DNA of 64,000 nucleotides, taken from NCBI GenBank assembly GCA_965213705.1, contig OZ243913.1, forward strand, positions 1,440,001 through 1,504,000, written 5' to 3'. This DNA comes from Trueperaceae bacterium. GTDB lineage: Bacteria; Deinococcota; Deinococci; Deinococcales; Trueperaceae. Position numbers and translations under genes: made by a program. Positions 37,415 to 47,024 of the stretch are shown here, piece after piece; the stretch's first letter is position 1; each line of letters begins with the position of its first letter. A model generated the notes under the pieces. That model was not told the DNA's origin. It did not search any database and was given only the letters and a program-made list of their open reading frames with translations.

Positions 37415-38281
37415 GTGACCACTTCTGCCGGCGACCCCTTTGCCCACAAAGTCTACTTGCGTACCTTGGACGACGCCCTACTGCCCACGCGCTATTCTCG
37501 GGGTGCGCAGCGCCGCGCGGCGCAGGTGCAAGGTTTTTTGCGAACCCTGCAACAGCACGTGTCGCAGCAGCACGTGTCACAGCAGTACGTGTCACAGCAC
37601 GTCGGCGGCCGCTCGAGCCTCGCAGCCCCCACGCTGCTCGTCGTTGACCGCGACGACTGGCGAGCGCTTTTTTCTTACCCTTACGGGTTTCCTTTTATCC
37701 GACCCGCTACCCGCAGTGCGCCCGGGGTCACCGTCGTGGTGGCGGCCGGTTATCCCGAACGCTTGCTGCGCCGCTTCGACGAGGTGCTCATACGCGCGGC
37801 GAAGGCCGGCGTGAGCGCGCCCGGCGACCTGCGCGAGTTTTTGGACCTTCTCAGCGGTTTCGAGTGGGGCCACGCCCTTCTTTACCCGGCGGGGCTGCAC
37901 ACAAAAGCAAAGTGGTGCAACGAGTTTCTAGCGGTTTACCTCTACTTGCTGACGCTGCGCGAGACCGGGCAGGGCGACCTGTTTGAGCGCGTCGTAGCTT
38001 GGGCGCGTTTGGGAATCGTCGGCAGCGGTGTGGCTCAGGCGCCGTTGAGCGCGTTCGACTATCCCCGCCTCAAACTGCCCCTGGACACCCTGCTGTGGTT
38101 TCAGGGCGTGTTCACGCTGCGCGCCGCCGAACTCCTCGACCGCCGCGCTTGGGACTTTCCGGCAAGCCTAGCGGCCACCCTGGACGACACGAAACGGCGC
38201 AACGTCAAACCGACGTTGCTCAAGCTCGAGCCCGGTTTTGCCGCCTGGTTAGACCGCTTCGCCCCCGTTGAGACGCCCTGA
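37415..38281 (+). CDS. Hypothetical protein with an internal (QHVSQ)x3 duplication
   Basis: 288-aa ORF, TAGACT 6 nt upstream. Confidence 0.6.
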   Translation: MTTSAGDPFAHKVYLRTLDDALLPTRYSRGAQRRAAQVQGFLRTLQQHVSQQHVSQQYVSQHVGGRSSLAAPTLLVVDRDDWRALFSYPYGFPFIRPATRSAPGVTVVVAAGYPERLLRRFDEVLIRAAKAGVSAPGDLREFLDLLSGFEWGHALLYPAGLHTKAKWCNEFLAVYLYLLTLRETGQGDLFERVVAWARLGIVGSGVAQAPLSAFDYPRLKLPLDTLLWFQGVFTLRAAELLDRRAWDFPASLAATLDDTKRRNVKPTLLKLEPGFAAWLDRFAPVETP

Positions 38282-38299
38282 TTCGGTGCGGGCCGACCT

Positions 38300-38477
38300 C
38301 GGCCGATAAAGTTGGCTGTGTCGTCACCCTCGCTGACTCTCGAAAGGACCGATCCGGGCGTAGAGTTTTGAAGCGCGGAGATTGACTGCGGAAGCCGAGT
38401 GTACGCAAAGCAGAAACGGATAGACCCCTCGAGGCTAGCCACCGGGACCAGCCGCCAGGACACACAGGTTCGCGGCT
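38300..38477 (-). ncRNA. Candidate structured ncRNA, 6S-like rod
   Basis: Nested complementary segments with G-U pairs on the minus strand, found by manual pairing only. Confidence 0.28.
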
Positions 38478-38529
38478 GGGAAGTGAAAAACCGCCGAGCT
38501 GTCCAGCCGTACCGGACTCTGCGGCGGTG

Positions 38530-40665
38530 TCACAGCTTGTCCTGAACCTCGGCGCAAAGTTGCTGGTGGACACCCCGTAGCGCCTCGCGCCCCTCGTTCG
38601 TCGACAACTCTATCCACTGGTCGGCGGCGCTGAGTTGGTCGACGGCGCGGCGCGTCTCGCACGCCCCCAGGGCGGCTTGGGCGTAAACGAGCGCGGCTTG
38701 GGCCAGCAGGTGCGGCGCAGTTTCCAACGCCAGCAGCGTGTCGAAAAGTTGAAAGGCGCGTTCCACTTCGCCCTCGCTCACGGCGAGGTCGGCGGCGGCC
38801 AGGTAGTGAGGATAGGCGGCCTCGGCGGAGCCGCCCTCTTTGAAGTGATAACCCACGAGTTCGCTTAAACTCAAAGGCGCGTGACGCTCCAACCAAGACG
38901 CCAAGTTGAGGTGCAGGAGGGGGCGTTCGCTAAAGGGAATCATGCGCAGCACGGCGCGCCGCACGAGTTCGCTCTGAAAACGGTACTCGTCGAAACCGGG
39001 GATGAGCGAGGTGGGTTCTTTGAAGACGAGTTTTTCACGGGTGAGTTCGCTCAACGGTTCGGCTTCGTCGACCTCGGCGACCTCGGCGACGAGGTCGTTC
39101 CAAAAACGCTCGCCGCTCAGCGCCGCCAAGGCCAACAGTCGCCGCGCGGTGCTGGACAGCATGTCCAGGCGCGCTTGCAACAGCGACGCGAGCGAGCCCG
39201 CAAAAGAACCTTGCGGTGTGATGCTCAAAGCGCGTCCCAGTTCCAGCAAGTTGGCAGGTACACCGCCGACCTGAAACACCAAAGACTCGGTCGCAACCTT
39301 CAAAACGGGGTTGGCAACCTGCTCGACCAAGGCCAGACTTTCTTCTAGGTTCAAAGGCCTCAGGCTGAGTCGGCTCTCTCGAGCGCCCGGTAAGGACGCT
39401 TCTGAAGCGTCGTAACCGCGGCTTATCCTGAGGAGCAACAGGGGCGCGGCGCTTTCGGCGAGCAGCCGCGGGAACGCGCTGAACGCGGTGTTTTGTGAGC
39501 CGTGCTCGACGACGAGGACCAGGCCTTCGCTCGTCAGCCGACTGTTTACAAAAGCCAGCAGCAGGTCGCGCCACGCCACAAAAATTCGGTCGGCCGTGCG
39601 CCGCTCGCGGCGCGTCCACGGCTTGTCCTCGCCCACCCCGAGACTGTTCAGGATATAGGTCTGCCAACGCGGCTCGGCGGGCAAAAGGTCGGCCAGCTGA
39701 GCGCTCACCACGTGCCGCCACTTCCGCTCGTCGTCGCTCAAAGACAGGTCGAACAGCGCCCCTGCCAGCTGCCGCCAGGTCAGGTCCGTGTCGCTGGCTT
39801 TTTCGTCGACCCAAAGCACTTTGGCTCGCCCCGCGGCGGTCAGTTCGCTTGCAAACTCGCGTACCAAGCGCGTTTTGCCGATGCCCGCCTCACCGACCAA
39901 CCACAGGGTCTGGGCGTGGTTGGCTCTTGTGACGCTCTGAAACGCGTCTGTGAGCTGCCGACGTTCCTGCTCGCGGCCGACGAACCTCAGGTTGGCGTAA
40001 GGGTCGCTGTCACCGTCGGCGTTGGTCGAGACAAGTCTGTAGGCCTCGGTGACGTTGGGAAAGCCTGCCAGGGTCAACCCGGACACCGTCTCGAAAGTGA
40101 CACGGTGCCGCGTCGCCTCGAACGTTTCCGGTCCGACCCAGACCTCGCCGGGTGTGGCGGCGGTCTCGAGCCGGGCCGCCAAGTTGACTGCGCTGCCCAT
40201 CACCGTGTAGTCGCGCACCCGTCCCAGACCGATAGACCCGGCGATGACCACGCCGGTATTGACCCCGGCCCGCCCTTTGAGGTCCAAACCCTTGCTCCGG
40301 CCTATAGCCTCGATAGCTTTGAGACCCGCCCGCGCCGCCAGTACCGCCCGGTGCGGGTCGTCCGAATGTGAGCGCGGCGCGCCGAACAGCGCAATCAGCC
40401 CGTCACCCTGAAACGCGTCGACGTACCCGTCGTAGTCTTCGACCACACCTGCGACGACGGTCAAAATCTCGTCGGCTAGGTCGCGAAGCTGTTCGGGTGA
40501 CCAGTCGCGAGTCAGGTTGCTGAAACCGCTCAGGTCTATAAACACGACGCTGACGTTGCGGCGCTCACGGCCGCTGCCTGTACCCCGCAACGGGCTGCCG
40601 CACTTGCCACAAAAGCGCATCCCGCTCGGGTTGGCTGCAGAACAGTTGGAACAGCGCATCGTCAA
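38530..40665 (-). CDS. Zinc ribbon + class III adenylate/guanylate cyclase + AAA/STAND ATPase + TPR protein
   Basis: CSNC..CGKC, FIDLSGF, GDG..ALFGAP, VNLAARL, GEAGIGKT. Confidence 0.85.
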   Translation of the reverse strand: MTMRCSNCSAANPSGMRFCGKCGSPLRGTGSGRERRNVSVVFIDLSGFSNLTRDWSPEQLRDLADEILTVVAGVVEDYDGYVDAFQGDGLIALFGAPRSHSDDPHRAVLAARAGLKAIEAIGRSKGLDLKGRAGVNTGVVIAGSIGLGRVRDYTVMGSAVNLAARLETAATPGEVWVGPETFEATRHRVTFETVSGLTLAGFPNVTEAYRLVSTNADGDSDPYANLRFVGREQERRQLTDAFQSVTRANHAQTLWLVGEAGIGKTRLVREFASELTAAGRAKVLWVDEKASDTDLTWRQLAGALFDLSLSDDERKWRHVVSAQLADLLPAEPRWQTYILNSLGVGEDKPWTRRERRTADRIFVAWRDLLLAFVNSRLTSEGLVLVVEHGSQNTAFSAFPRLLAESAAPLLLLRISRGYDASEASLPGARESRLSLRPLNLEESLALVEQVANPVLKVATESLVFQVGGVPANLLELGRALSITPQGSFAGSLASLLQARLDMLSSTARRLLALAALSGERFWNDLVAEVAEVDEAEPLSELTREKLVFKEPTSLIPGFDEYRFQSELVRRAVLRMIPFSERPLLHLNLASWLERHAPLSLSELVGYHFKEGGSAEAAYPHYLAAADLAVSEGEVERAFQLFDTLLALETAPHLLAQAALVYAQAALGACETRRAVDQLSAADQWIELSTNEGREALRGVHQQLCAEVQDKL

Positions 40666-40747
40666 GTCCTCAGTATCGCCGACTTAGCCAGTCGCCGCCC
40701 CCTTCTTTAGGAGGAGGCGTTCAGGGGCACAAGCGCACCCGCCCAAT

Positions 40748-40810
40748 CTCGTATAACCTACCGGCATAACCTACCAGCCTCGTACAACCTAACGGCCTCG
40801 TATAACCTAG
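40748..40810. repeat. Tandem repeats of ~18-bp ATAACCTACCAGCCTCGT
   Basis: Four ATAACCTA/ACAACCTA units. Confidence 0.8.
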
Positions 40811-40840
40811 AAGTATACGCGGCTCTTTGTCACGACAACG

Positions 40841-42178
40841 TCAAAAACCCAGCAACTGTGCCGGGTCGGTCCAGTCGACCCGGCCGTTTTTAAACCAGCC
40901 GGTATGAAGTTCCAACACGTCGGCTGGGATAAGTACGCCGCCGCCCAAGTAGCCGATAACCTGTCCCTGGGCAACCGCGTCGCCGCGGCTGACCGGCGAC
41001 CCCGACTGTAAGTTGACGTAAGCTGTAATGAGTCCGTCGGCGTGCTGAAGCTGCACGACGTAACCCAGGTTCGAGCCGGCGAAGCCCACGTCGGCGACGA
41101 CCCCGGGCTGCACGGCGACGACCCGCGCCCCCGGCTCACGCGCCTGCAACCTGACTCCCGCGATGCCTTCTTGCCCAAAAGCGCTGACGAGTTTGGGCGT
41201 GTCTACCGGGTAGGCGTACCCCGAAGCGAGCGGCGGCAGTTCCAGGGTGGGGCTGGGTTGCGGCGTCGCGCTCGGCGCGGGTTGTGAGCGGGGTGCGTTG
41301 CGTTCGGCGTTGCGGTTGCTGATGGCGGCCAAAGCCCTGGCTTCCTCGGCCCGGCGTGCCGCCTCGACAGCGCGCGCTGCCTCGGCCCGGCGCGCCTCTT
41401 CGGCCAGGCGCGCTCTTTCTTGCTCGAGGGCGGCGGCTAAGTTGCCGAGCCGCATCTCCAGAGCGGTTTGCTCCTCTAAAAGCGACCCTTGCAGGGCGAG
41501 TTGCCCCTGTCTCGTCGCGCCCAAGTCGGCGATGAGGCCGTCGAGTTCGCTGCGTTTCGCCTCTCTTTCGGCCGCGTTGGCGCGTACTTCTTCCTCTTTG
41601 GCGCTCAGCTCGGCGCGTTGGGTTTGCTGGACGGTTTGCAGCTCGAGCAGGTCCGCGACCGCCGCGTCGAGTTCGTTGATGAGGCCGACGTCTTGCTCGC
41701 TCAGCAGGGACAAGTAGTAGTTTTTGACCTGCAGGTCGTGGTAACTCTCCGCCCGGCTGAGCACGTCGCCAAAGCGGTTGCCGCGCTGGGCGAACAAGTT
41801 GAGCAGCAGGCCCTGCACCCGCAGTTTGAGCGCGTCCAGTTTGCGGTCAAGTTGGGTGATGCGTTCGGTGGTGGCCTCTATTTGCGTTTGCAGCGCCGCC
41901 AAGTCGGCCGCAAGCGCGGTGCGTTCGGTTTGCAAGGCGGCGAGTTCACTGCTGAGCGCGTCGCGTTCGGCGAGCCGCGCCTCCAGAGCCGCGCCCGACT
42001 CGCCCAGGGCCGCGGCGATGTCGGCGGCGTCTTGGCGGCGCTGCTCGAGCAGCGCGTCGTAGCTGCGAATTTCTTGCTCGAGCTGTTGCTGCGTGTCTTG
42101 TTGCTGCGTGTCCTGGGCCAACGTCCCGAAAGGTAAGCTCAAAAAAAAGAGCGAAGCAAAGACCGGCAAGCGCTTCAT
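40841..42178 (-). CDS. envC: EnvC-like murein hydrolase activator (coiled coil + degenerate M23)
   Basis: Signal peptide from ATG 42178, long coiled coil, M23 fold lacking HxxxD/HxH; downstream of ftsX. Confidence 0.75.
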   Translation of the reverse strand: MKRLPVFASLFFLSLPFGTLAQDTQQQDTQQQLEQEIRSYDALLEQRRQDAADIAAALGESGAALEARLAERDALSSELAALQTERTALAADLAALQTQIEATTERITQLDRKLDALKLRVQGLLLNLFAQRGNRFGDVLSRAESYHDLQVKNYYLSLLSEQDVGLINELDAAVADLLELQTVQQTQRAELSAKEEEVRANAAEREAKRSELDGLIADLGATRQGQLALQGSLLEEQTALEMRLGNLAAALEQERARLAEEARRAEAARAVEAARRAEEARALAAISNRNAERNAPRSQPAPSATPQPSPTLELPPLASGYAYPVDTPKLVSAFGQEGIAGVRLQAREPGARVVAVQPGVVADVGFAGSNLGYVVQLQHADGLITAYVNLQSGSPVSRGDAVAQGQVIGYLGGGVLIPADVLELHTGWFKNGRVDWTDPAQLLGF

Positions 42179-43044
42179 CAGTAGTCCTCCCGCAGGTGTT
42201 GGGACACCGAAATCGCGCTGCCGACGAGCCCGACCAGAAGTGCCAGGGCGAACAGCAGCAACGTCACTTGGCCCAGGGACGCCGTGTCGCGCACAAAGGG
42301 GATGAATTTCAAGCGTTCGGCGAGCCGGTTGACCACGTACTGGTAACCGGGCACGGCCAAAGCCAGGCTGATGACGCCGCTGAACAGCCCCAGCAAAAAG
42401 CCTTCGACGAGAAACGGCGCGCGGATAAACGCGCGCGTCGCGCCGACGAGCTTCATCACCTCTATCTCTTTGCGCCGTCCGGTGATGGCCGCGCGAATCG
42501 AGTTGACGATGGCGAGCAGCCCGCTCGTCAAGAGAATCACGATGAGAATTGAACCCACCACGCGCAGCGCGTCGGTAATCGCCAAAAAGGTCTCGACCGC
42601 CTCCGAGCCGTCTTTTAGGCCCGTAACGTCCGGCAACCCCCGCAACTGCGCCGCGACCCTGGGGGTGAGCGCGGGGTCGAGCAGGCGCAAGGTGACGCTG
42701 TCGGGCAGCGGGTTGTCGACGATGTCGGCGGCCAGTTGCAGCGCGGGCAGGTCGGTCACGATGTCCCGCAACGCCTGGTCTTTGGGGACGTAGAGAACCG
42801 AGTTCGGGTCGACCTCGGGCCAACCGCGAATCGCGCCCAAAAGCCGGGTCGGGTCGGCACCGGGGTTCAAAAAAGCCGTCACCTCCAGGTCGTCTTGCAG
42901 GGTACCCAAAAACGCGTTCAGGTTCAAACTCACAAAGCTGAAACCCGCCAGGATGGTCAGCGACAGCGTCATGGTCGTCAGCGTCGCCACACTGGCAATC
43001 CAGTTCGCGCGGATGGCGCGCATCGCTTGTTGCAACGCGTACAC
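42178..43044 (-). CDS. ftsX: Cell division permease FtsX
   Basis: NPLPDS, IVNSIRAAI..RRKEIEVMKLVGAT..FIRAPF..EG. Confidence 0.92.
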   Translation of the reverse strand: MYALQQAMRAIRANWIASVATLTTMTLSLTILAGFSFVSLNLNAFLGTLQDDLEVTAFLNPGADPTRLLGAIRGWPEVDPNSVLYVPKDQALRDIVTDLPALQLAADIVDNPLPDSVTLRLLDPALTPRVAAQLRGLPDVTGLKDGSEAVETFLAITDALRVVGSILIVILLTSGLLAIVNSIRAAITGRRKEIEVMKLVGATRAFIRAPFLVEGFLLGLFSGVISLALAVPGYQYVVNRLAERLKFIPFVRDTASLGQVTLLLFALALLVGLVGSAISVSQHLREDY

Positions 43045-43464
43045 CGGCTACCTCAGCGAGCGGGCGTCGGGGCCGCGCCGAAGAAAAAACCTCGTCATAG
43101 ACCCGCTTCCGTCGTACCGAAAAGCGGGCTCGAGCGTTCAGGACCGTCAGCAGGGTGTCGGTAAAGCCACCCGTTTCGTTGAACACACTCACGCTTTTTT
43201 TCAGCAGCCCAACCCGCTTCGGCTTTTACGGCCGCGGACGCCGAGCCGGCCGCCAGCGCCCACACGGCTGCAGGCTCGACCCGCCCGACGCCGGAACTGG
43301 TGTTAGTCATACATACCTCTCCTCTGCGGACACGCGCTTCCCACAGCGCGCCAAACGGCTTTATAACCAGTTTCAACAAGGTAACACGCCGGTTGGGAAC
43401 CTCGGGCCGAGTATGAAGGACGGTTGAAGACCGGGGTTCTCAACCTTGAAACCGGAGGGCGTTT

Positions 43465-44736
43465 TCAGGGCATCGGATAGCGCTGCGCCAGCGCGACGAC
43501 CTCGCGCTTGACGCTGTCGGTGTCTTCGCCTTGCAGGGCGCGGTCGATGAGTTCGGCGACTTTGGGCATCTCCGCCGGACTGAAACCGCGCGTGGTGACC
43601 GCCGGCGTGCCGACGCGGATGCCCGAGGTGACCCACGGCTTTTCCGGGTCGAAAGGCATCATGCTCTTGCTGATGGTGATGTGGACGGCGTCCAGCAGCT
43701 TCGTCGCCCCATTGCCCTTGATACCTTGCGGACGCAGGTCGACCAAAAAGAGGTGGTTGTCGGTGCCGCCCGAGACGAGCTTGTAACCGCGCGCAGTCAT
43801 CTCGCTCGCCAGGCGCTGCGCGTTGTCGATAATCGCTTGCGAGTAAGTTTTAAATTCGGGCTGCAGCGCCTCGAAAAAAGCCACGGCCTTGCCCGCGATG
43901 ACGTGCTCGAGCGGCCCCCCCTGAGTCCCCGGAAAAATCATCTTGTCGACCTTCTTGCCAATTTCCTCGTCGTCCGACAGGACGATGCCGCTGCGCGGCC
44001 CGCGCAACGTCTTGTGCGTCGTGCTCGTGACCACGTGCGCGTGGGGGATGGGCGACGGGTGCAGCCCCGCCGCGACGAGTCCCGCGATGTGCGCGATGTC
44101 GGCGAGCAGGTACGCCCCGACCTCGTCGGCGATACTGCGAAACTCGGCAAAGTCGAGCGTGCGGCTGTAGGCCGAAGCGCCCGCGATGATGAGTTTGGGT
44201 TTGTGCTCCTTGGCGAGGGCTCGCACCACGTCGTAGTCGACGCGCTCGGTCTCACGGTCGACCGGGTAACCGACCACGCGGTAGTTCATCCCCGAAAAGT
44301 TGACCGGCGAGCCGTGGGTGAGGTGCCCGCCGTGGGCCAAGTCCATGCCCAAGACCGTGTCGCCCGGCTCCAACAGTGCGTAGTAAACGGCTAAGTTTGC
44401 CCCCGAGCCCGAGTGCGGCTGCACGTTTGCCCAGGCGCAGTGAAACAGCTCCTTGGCCCGACTGATTGCGAGCCGCTCGACCTCGTCGACAACTTCGCAG
44501 CCGCCGTAGTAGCGCTTGCCGGGATAGCCTTCGGCGTACTTGTTGGTCAGCACGCTGCCGACGGCCTCCATCACCGCCTGAGAAGTGAAGTTCTCCGAGG
44601 CGATAAGCTCGAGGCCGTCGCGCTGCCGCTCGAACTCCTGCTGGACGAGGCCGAAGAGTTGGTCGTCGCGTTTGTCGGTGTTGAACCTGCTGAAGTTGAC
44701 TTCACCGGTGGCGAATTCGGGTGTGGCGATGGTCAT
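43465..44736 (-). CDS. glyA: Serine hydroxymethyltransferase
   Basis: [39 protein letters not shown]. Confidence 0.97.
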   Translation of the reverse strand: MTIATPEFATGEVNFSRFNTDKRDDQLFGLVQQEFERQRDGLELIASENFTSQAVMEAVGSVLTNKYAEGYPGKRYYGGCEVVDEVERLAISRAKELFHCAWANVQPHSGSGANLAVYYALLEPGDTVLGMDLAHGGHLTHGSPVNFSGMNYRVVGYPVDRETERVDYDVVRALAKEHKPKLIIAGASAYSRTLDFAEFRSIADEVGAYLLADIAHIAGLVAAGLHPSPIPHAHVVTSTTHKTLRGPRSGIVLSDDEEIGKKVDKMIFPGTQGGPLEHVIAGKAVAFFEALQPEFKTYSQAIIDNAQRLASEMTARGYKLVSGGTDNHLFLVDLRPQGIKGNGATKLLDAVHITISKSMMPFDPEKPWVTSGIRVGTPAVTTRGFSPAEMPKVAELIDRALQGEDTDSVKREVVALAQRYPMP

Positions 44737-44829
44737 GCGGGTTACCTCGTTTTCTGGGACTCGAGAAGGCCGGGCGGCTTTTCCAGCGAGTATAGCAACT
44801 GGGACACGTGCCGAATGCTAGGCTGACCT

Positions 44830-45804
44830 ATGAACTACACCACCCTCGGCCACACCGGCCTCAAAGTTTCGCGCGTCTGCCTCGGCATGATGAGCTACGG
44901 CACGCCCAAGTGGCGCGACTGGGTCCTGAACGAGGACGCCAGCCGCCCGTTCGTGCAGCGCGCGGTCGAATTGGGCATCAACTTCTTCGACACCGCCGAC
45001 ATGTACTCGAAAGGCGTTTCGGAAGAGGTGACGGGCAAGCTGTTAAAAGAGTACACGCGCCGCGACGAAACGGTTATCGCCACCAAAGTCTACATGCCGA
45101 TGAGCGACGCGCCCAACCGGGGCGGCCTGAGCCGCAAACACATTTTCGACGGTGTCGAAGATTCACTTAGGCGGCTCGGCGTGGACTACATCGACCTCTA
45201 CCAAATCCACCGCTACGACTACGACACGCCCCTCGAGGAAACTCTGGAAGCCTTAAACGACGTGGTCAAGGCGGGCTACGTGCGCTACCTGGGCGCGAGC
45301 AGCATGTTCGCGTACCAGTTCGCTCGTGCGCTCTACAAAGCCGAGGCCCACGGCTGGCCGCGGTTCGTGTCGATGCAAAACCACTACAACCTCCTCTACC
45401 GCGAGGAGGAGCGCGAAATGCTACCCCTCTGCCGCGAAGAGGGCGTCGGCGTGCTGCCCTGGAGCCCGCTGGCGCGCGGCTACCTGACCCGCCGCCCTGA
45501 CCAAAAACGCGCCACCACGCGCGGCCGCGACGACGACTTCGCACGGCACCTGTACTCGTTCGAGGCGGCCGACACCGTCATCGACCGGGTGGTCGACCTC
45601 GCCGAGGCGCGTGACGTGAGCCCGGCGCAAATCGCCCTCGCCTGGCTCCTCGCGCAGCCCGGCGTCACCGCGCCCATCGTCGGCGCGACCAAGTTGAAGC
45701 ACTTAGAAGACGCCGTCGCCGCGGTCGAGCTGACCCTGTCCGACGACGAGCGGAAACGCCTCGAGGAGACTTATGAGCCCCGCCCGGTGCTGGGGCACAG
45801 TTGA
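44830..45804 (+). CDS. Aldo/keto reductase
   Basis: GINFFDTADMYS.G.SE, IATK, DYIDLYQIH, PWSPLARG. Confidence 0.93.
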   Translation: MNYTTLGHTGLKVSRVCLGMMSYGTPKWRDWVLNEDASRPFVQRAVELGINFFDTADMYSKGVSEEVTGKLLKEYTRRDETVIATKVYMPMSDAPNRGGLSRKHIFDGVEDSLRRLGVDYIDLYQIHRYDYDTPLEETLEALNDVVKAGYVRYLGASSMFAYQFARALYKAEAHGWPRFVSMQNHYNLLYREEEREMLPLCREEGVGVLPWSPLARGYLTRRPDQKRATTRGRDDDFARHLYSFEAADTVIDRVVDLAEARDVSPAQIALAWLLAQPGVTAPIVGATKLKHLEDAVAAVELTLSDDERKRLEETYEPRPVLGHS

Positions 45805-46320
45805 GGTGGTCGCTGTTGACTGTGGGCTGTTGACCATGAGCTGCCGGTGTTTGAAAATCAAGACGGCACTGCTCGAGCAAGACGGCTGTCGGAAGACTCA
45901 ACTTTGCAACTGGTGAAACCCTCGAGGCTCCGAAGCGAGAAAACTATGGCCGTCGCTCGGCTGACAGGGGACTACCAAGCTACGACGGACGGCAAGCTCG
46001 ACATGAACAAGACACTCGCCGTTTTGGAAGCGGCGGAGAGAGTTTTGGGTACGGCACGCGCCCACGTTTAGAAACCATTTTAAAGATAGAGACCATTTAA
46101 AGACACCGTCGCGCTGCCGCTCGAGCGCCTGCTGAACGAGGCTAAAGGGCTTGTCGCCGCGCTTCACCCGGCGCGAAACGGGTTTGTTTTATAGTTCAGG
46201 CGTGAACGCCTCAGCCGCTTCCGACGCACCCGCCCGCCCCGCGACACTGTCCCCCTTATTGTCCTACAGAGCGCCCTGCAGCGTGTCCGGGCAGTATCGT
46301 TCAGAGCGCCGGGTCACCTG

Positions 46321-46980
46321 ATGGAGCCCGAACGACTTGCCGAGCTTCACCCAACGCTCTATCACATGGCCGACGCGCGCAACTGGACGAGCATCGAGCG
46401 CCACGGTTTGCTCAGCACGAGCGCCCTGCTCGAGCGTTACGCCGTTCCTGCCGCGGAGCGAACAGTTCTCGAGGCCGCGCACCGCCCCGCGACCGTCCCC
46501 GTAACGTCCGCGGCCGGGCCAATTTTCGTCCGCGACCAGCACCCGCTCGACCCGGTGGCGCTGGCGGCGTGTCTGACCGACATGTCGCCCGAGGCGTGGT
46601 ACCGCACGCTGAACGCCCGCGTTTTCTTCTGGCCCACGCGCGACCGCCTGGAGCGGATGCTCAAAGCCTACCGGCGCGAGCCGCAGGCGCTTTTCGAGGT
46701 TGACACCCGCGCATTGCTCGAGCGGCACGCCCACAAGGTCGAGTTGTCCCACATCAACTCGGGCTACGCGAGCGGGCGCTACCCGCCGGCTCGGCGGGGC
46801 CGCCACACGTTCGTGCCGCTGCGCGACTACGCGTACTCGGCCCGCAACAAAATTGCCGAGGTCACGGTGCCGGGCTCGGTCCCGGACATTTTTGCGGTGA
46901 CGCGCCACGTCACGCTGAAAGCGCCGGGGGCGGACGACCGCACGTTGTGGCAAGCGGAGGCTCGAGCCGGGGCGGAGTAG
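46321..46980 (+). CDS. DarT-like (DUF7002-type) putative ADP-ribosyltransferase fold protein
   Basis: LYHMA...NW.SI..HGLLS, VFFW, AEVTV. Confidence 0.6.
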   Translation: MEPERLAELHPTLYHMADARNWTSIERHGLLSTSALLERYAVPAAERTVLEAAHRPATVPVTSAAGPIFVRDQHPLDPVALAACLTDMSPEAWYRTLNARVFFWPTRDRLERMLKAYRREPQALFEVDTRALLERHAHKVELSHINSGYASGRYPPARRGRHTFVPLRDYAYSARNKIAEVTVPGSVPDIFAVTRHVTLKAPGADDRTLWQAEARAGAE

Positions 46981-47024
46981 AGGGATACAGCGGGCTCGAG
47001 CAAACAGGACGTGGACGAACAATT

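Noticed and set aside
42179..43192. 783-aa ORF 40841-43192 as one protein
   Set aside because: The N-terminal 338 codons are an off-frame overlay of ftsX; the real gene starts at ATG 42178 with a signal peptide
44737..44829. ZTP or glycine riboswitch upstream of glyA
   Set aside because: Gap is short, shared by divergent promoters, and lacks the conserved motifs
45847..46193. Small ORFs between the aldo/keto reductase and the DarT-like gene
   Set aside because: Fragmentary with no recognisable domain; possibly a decayed gene but unsupported
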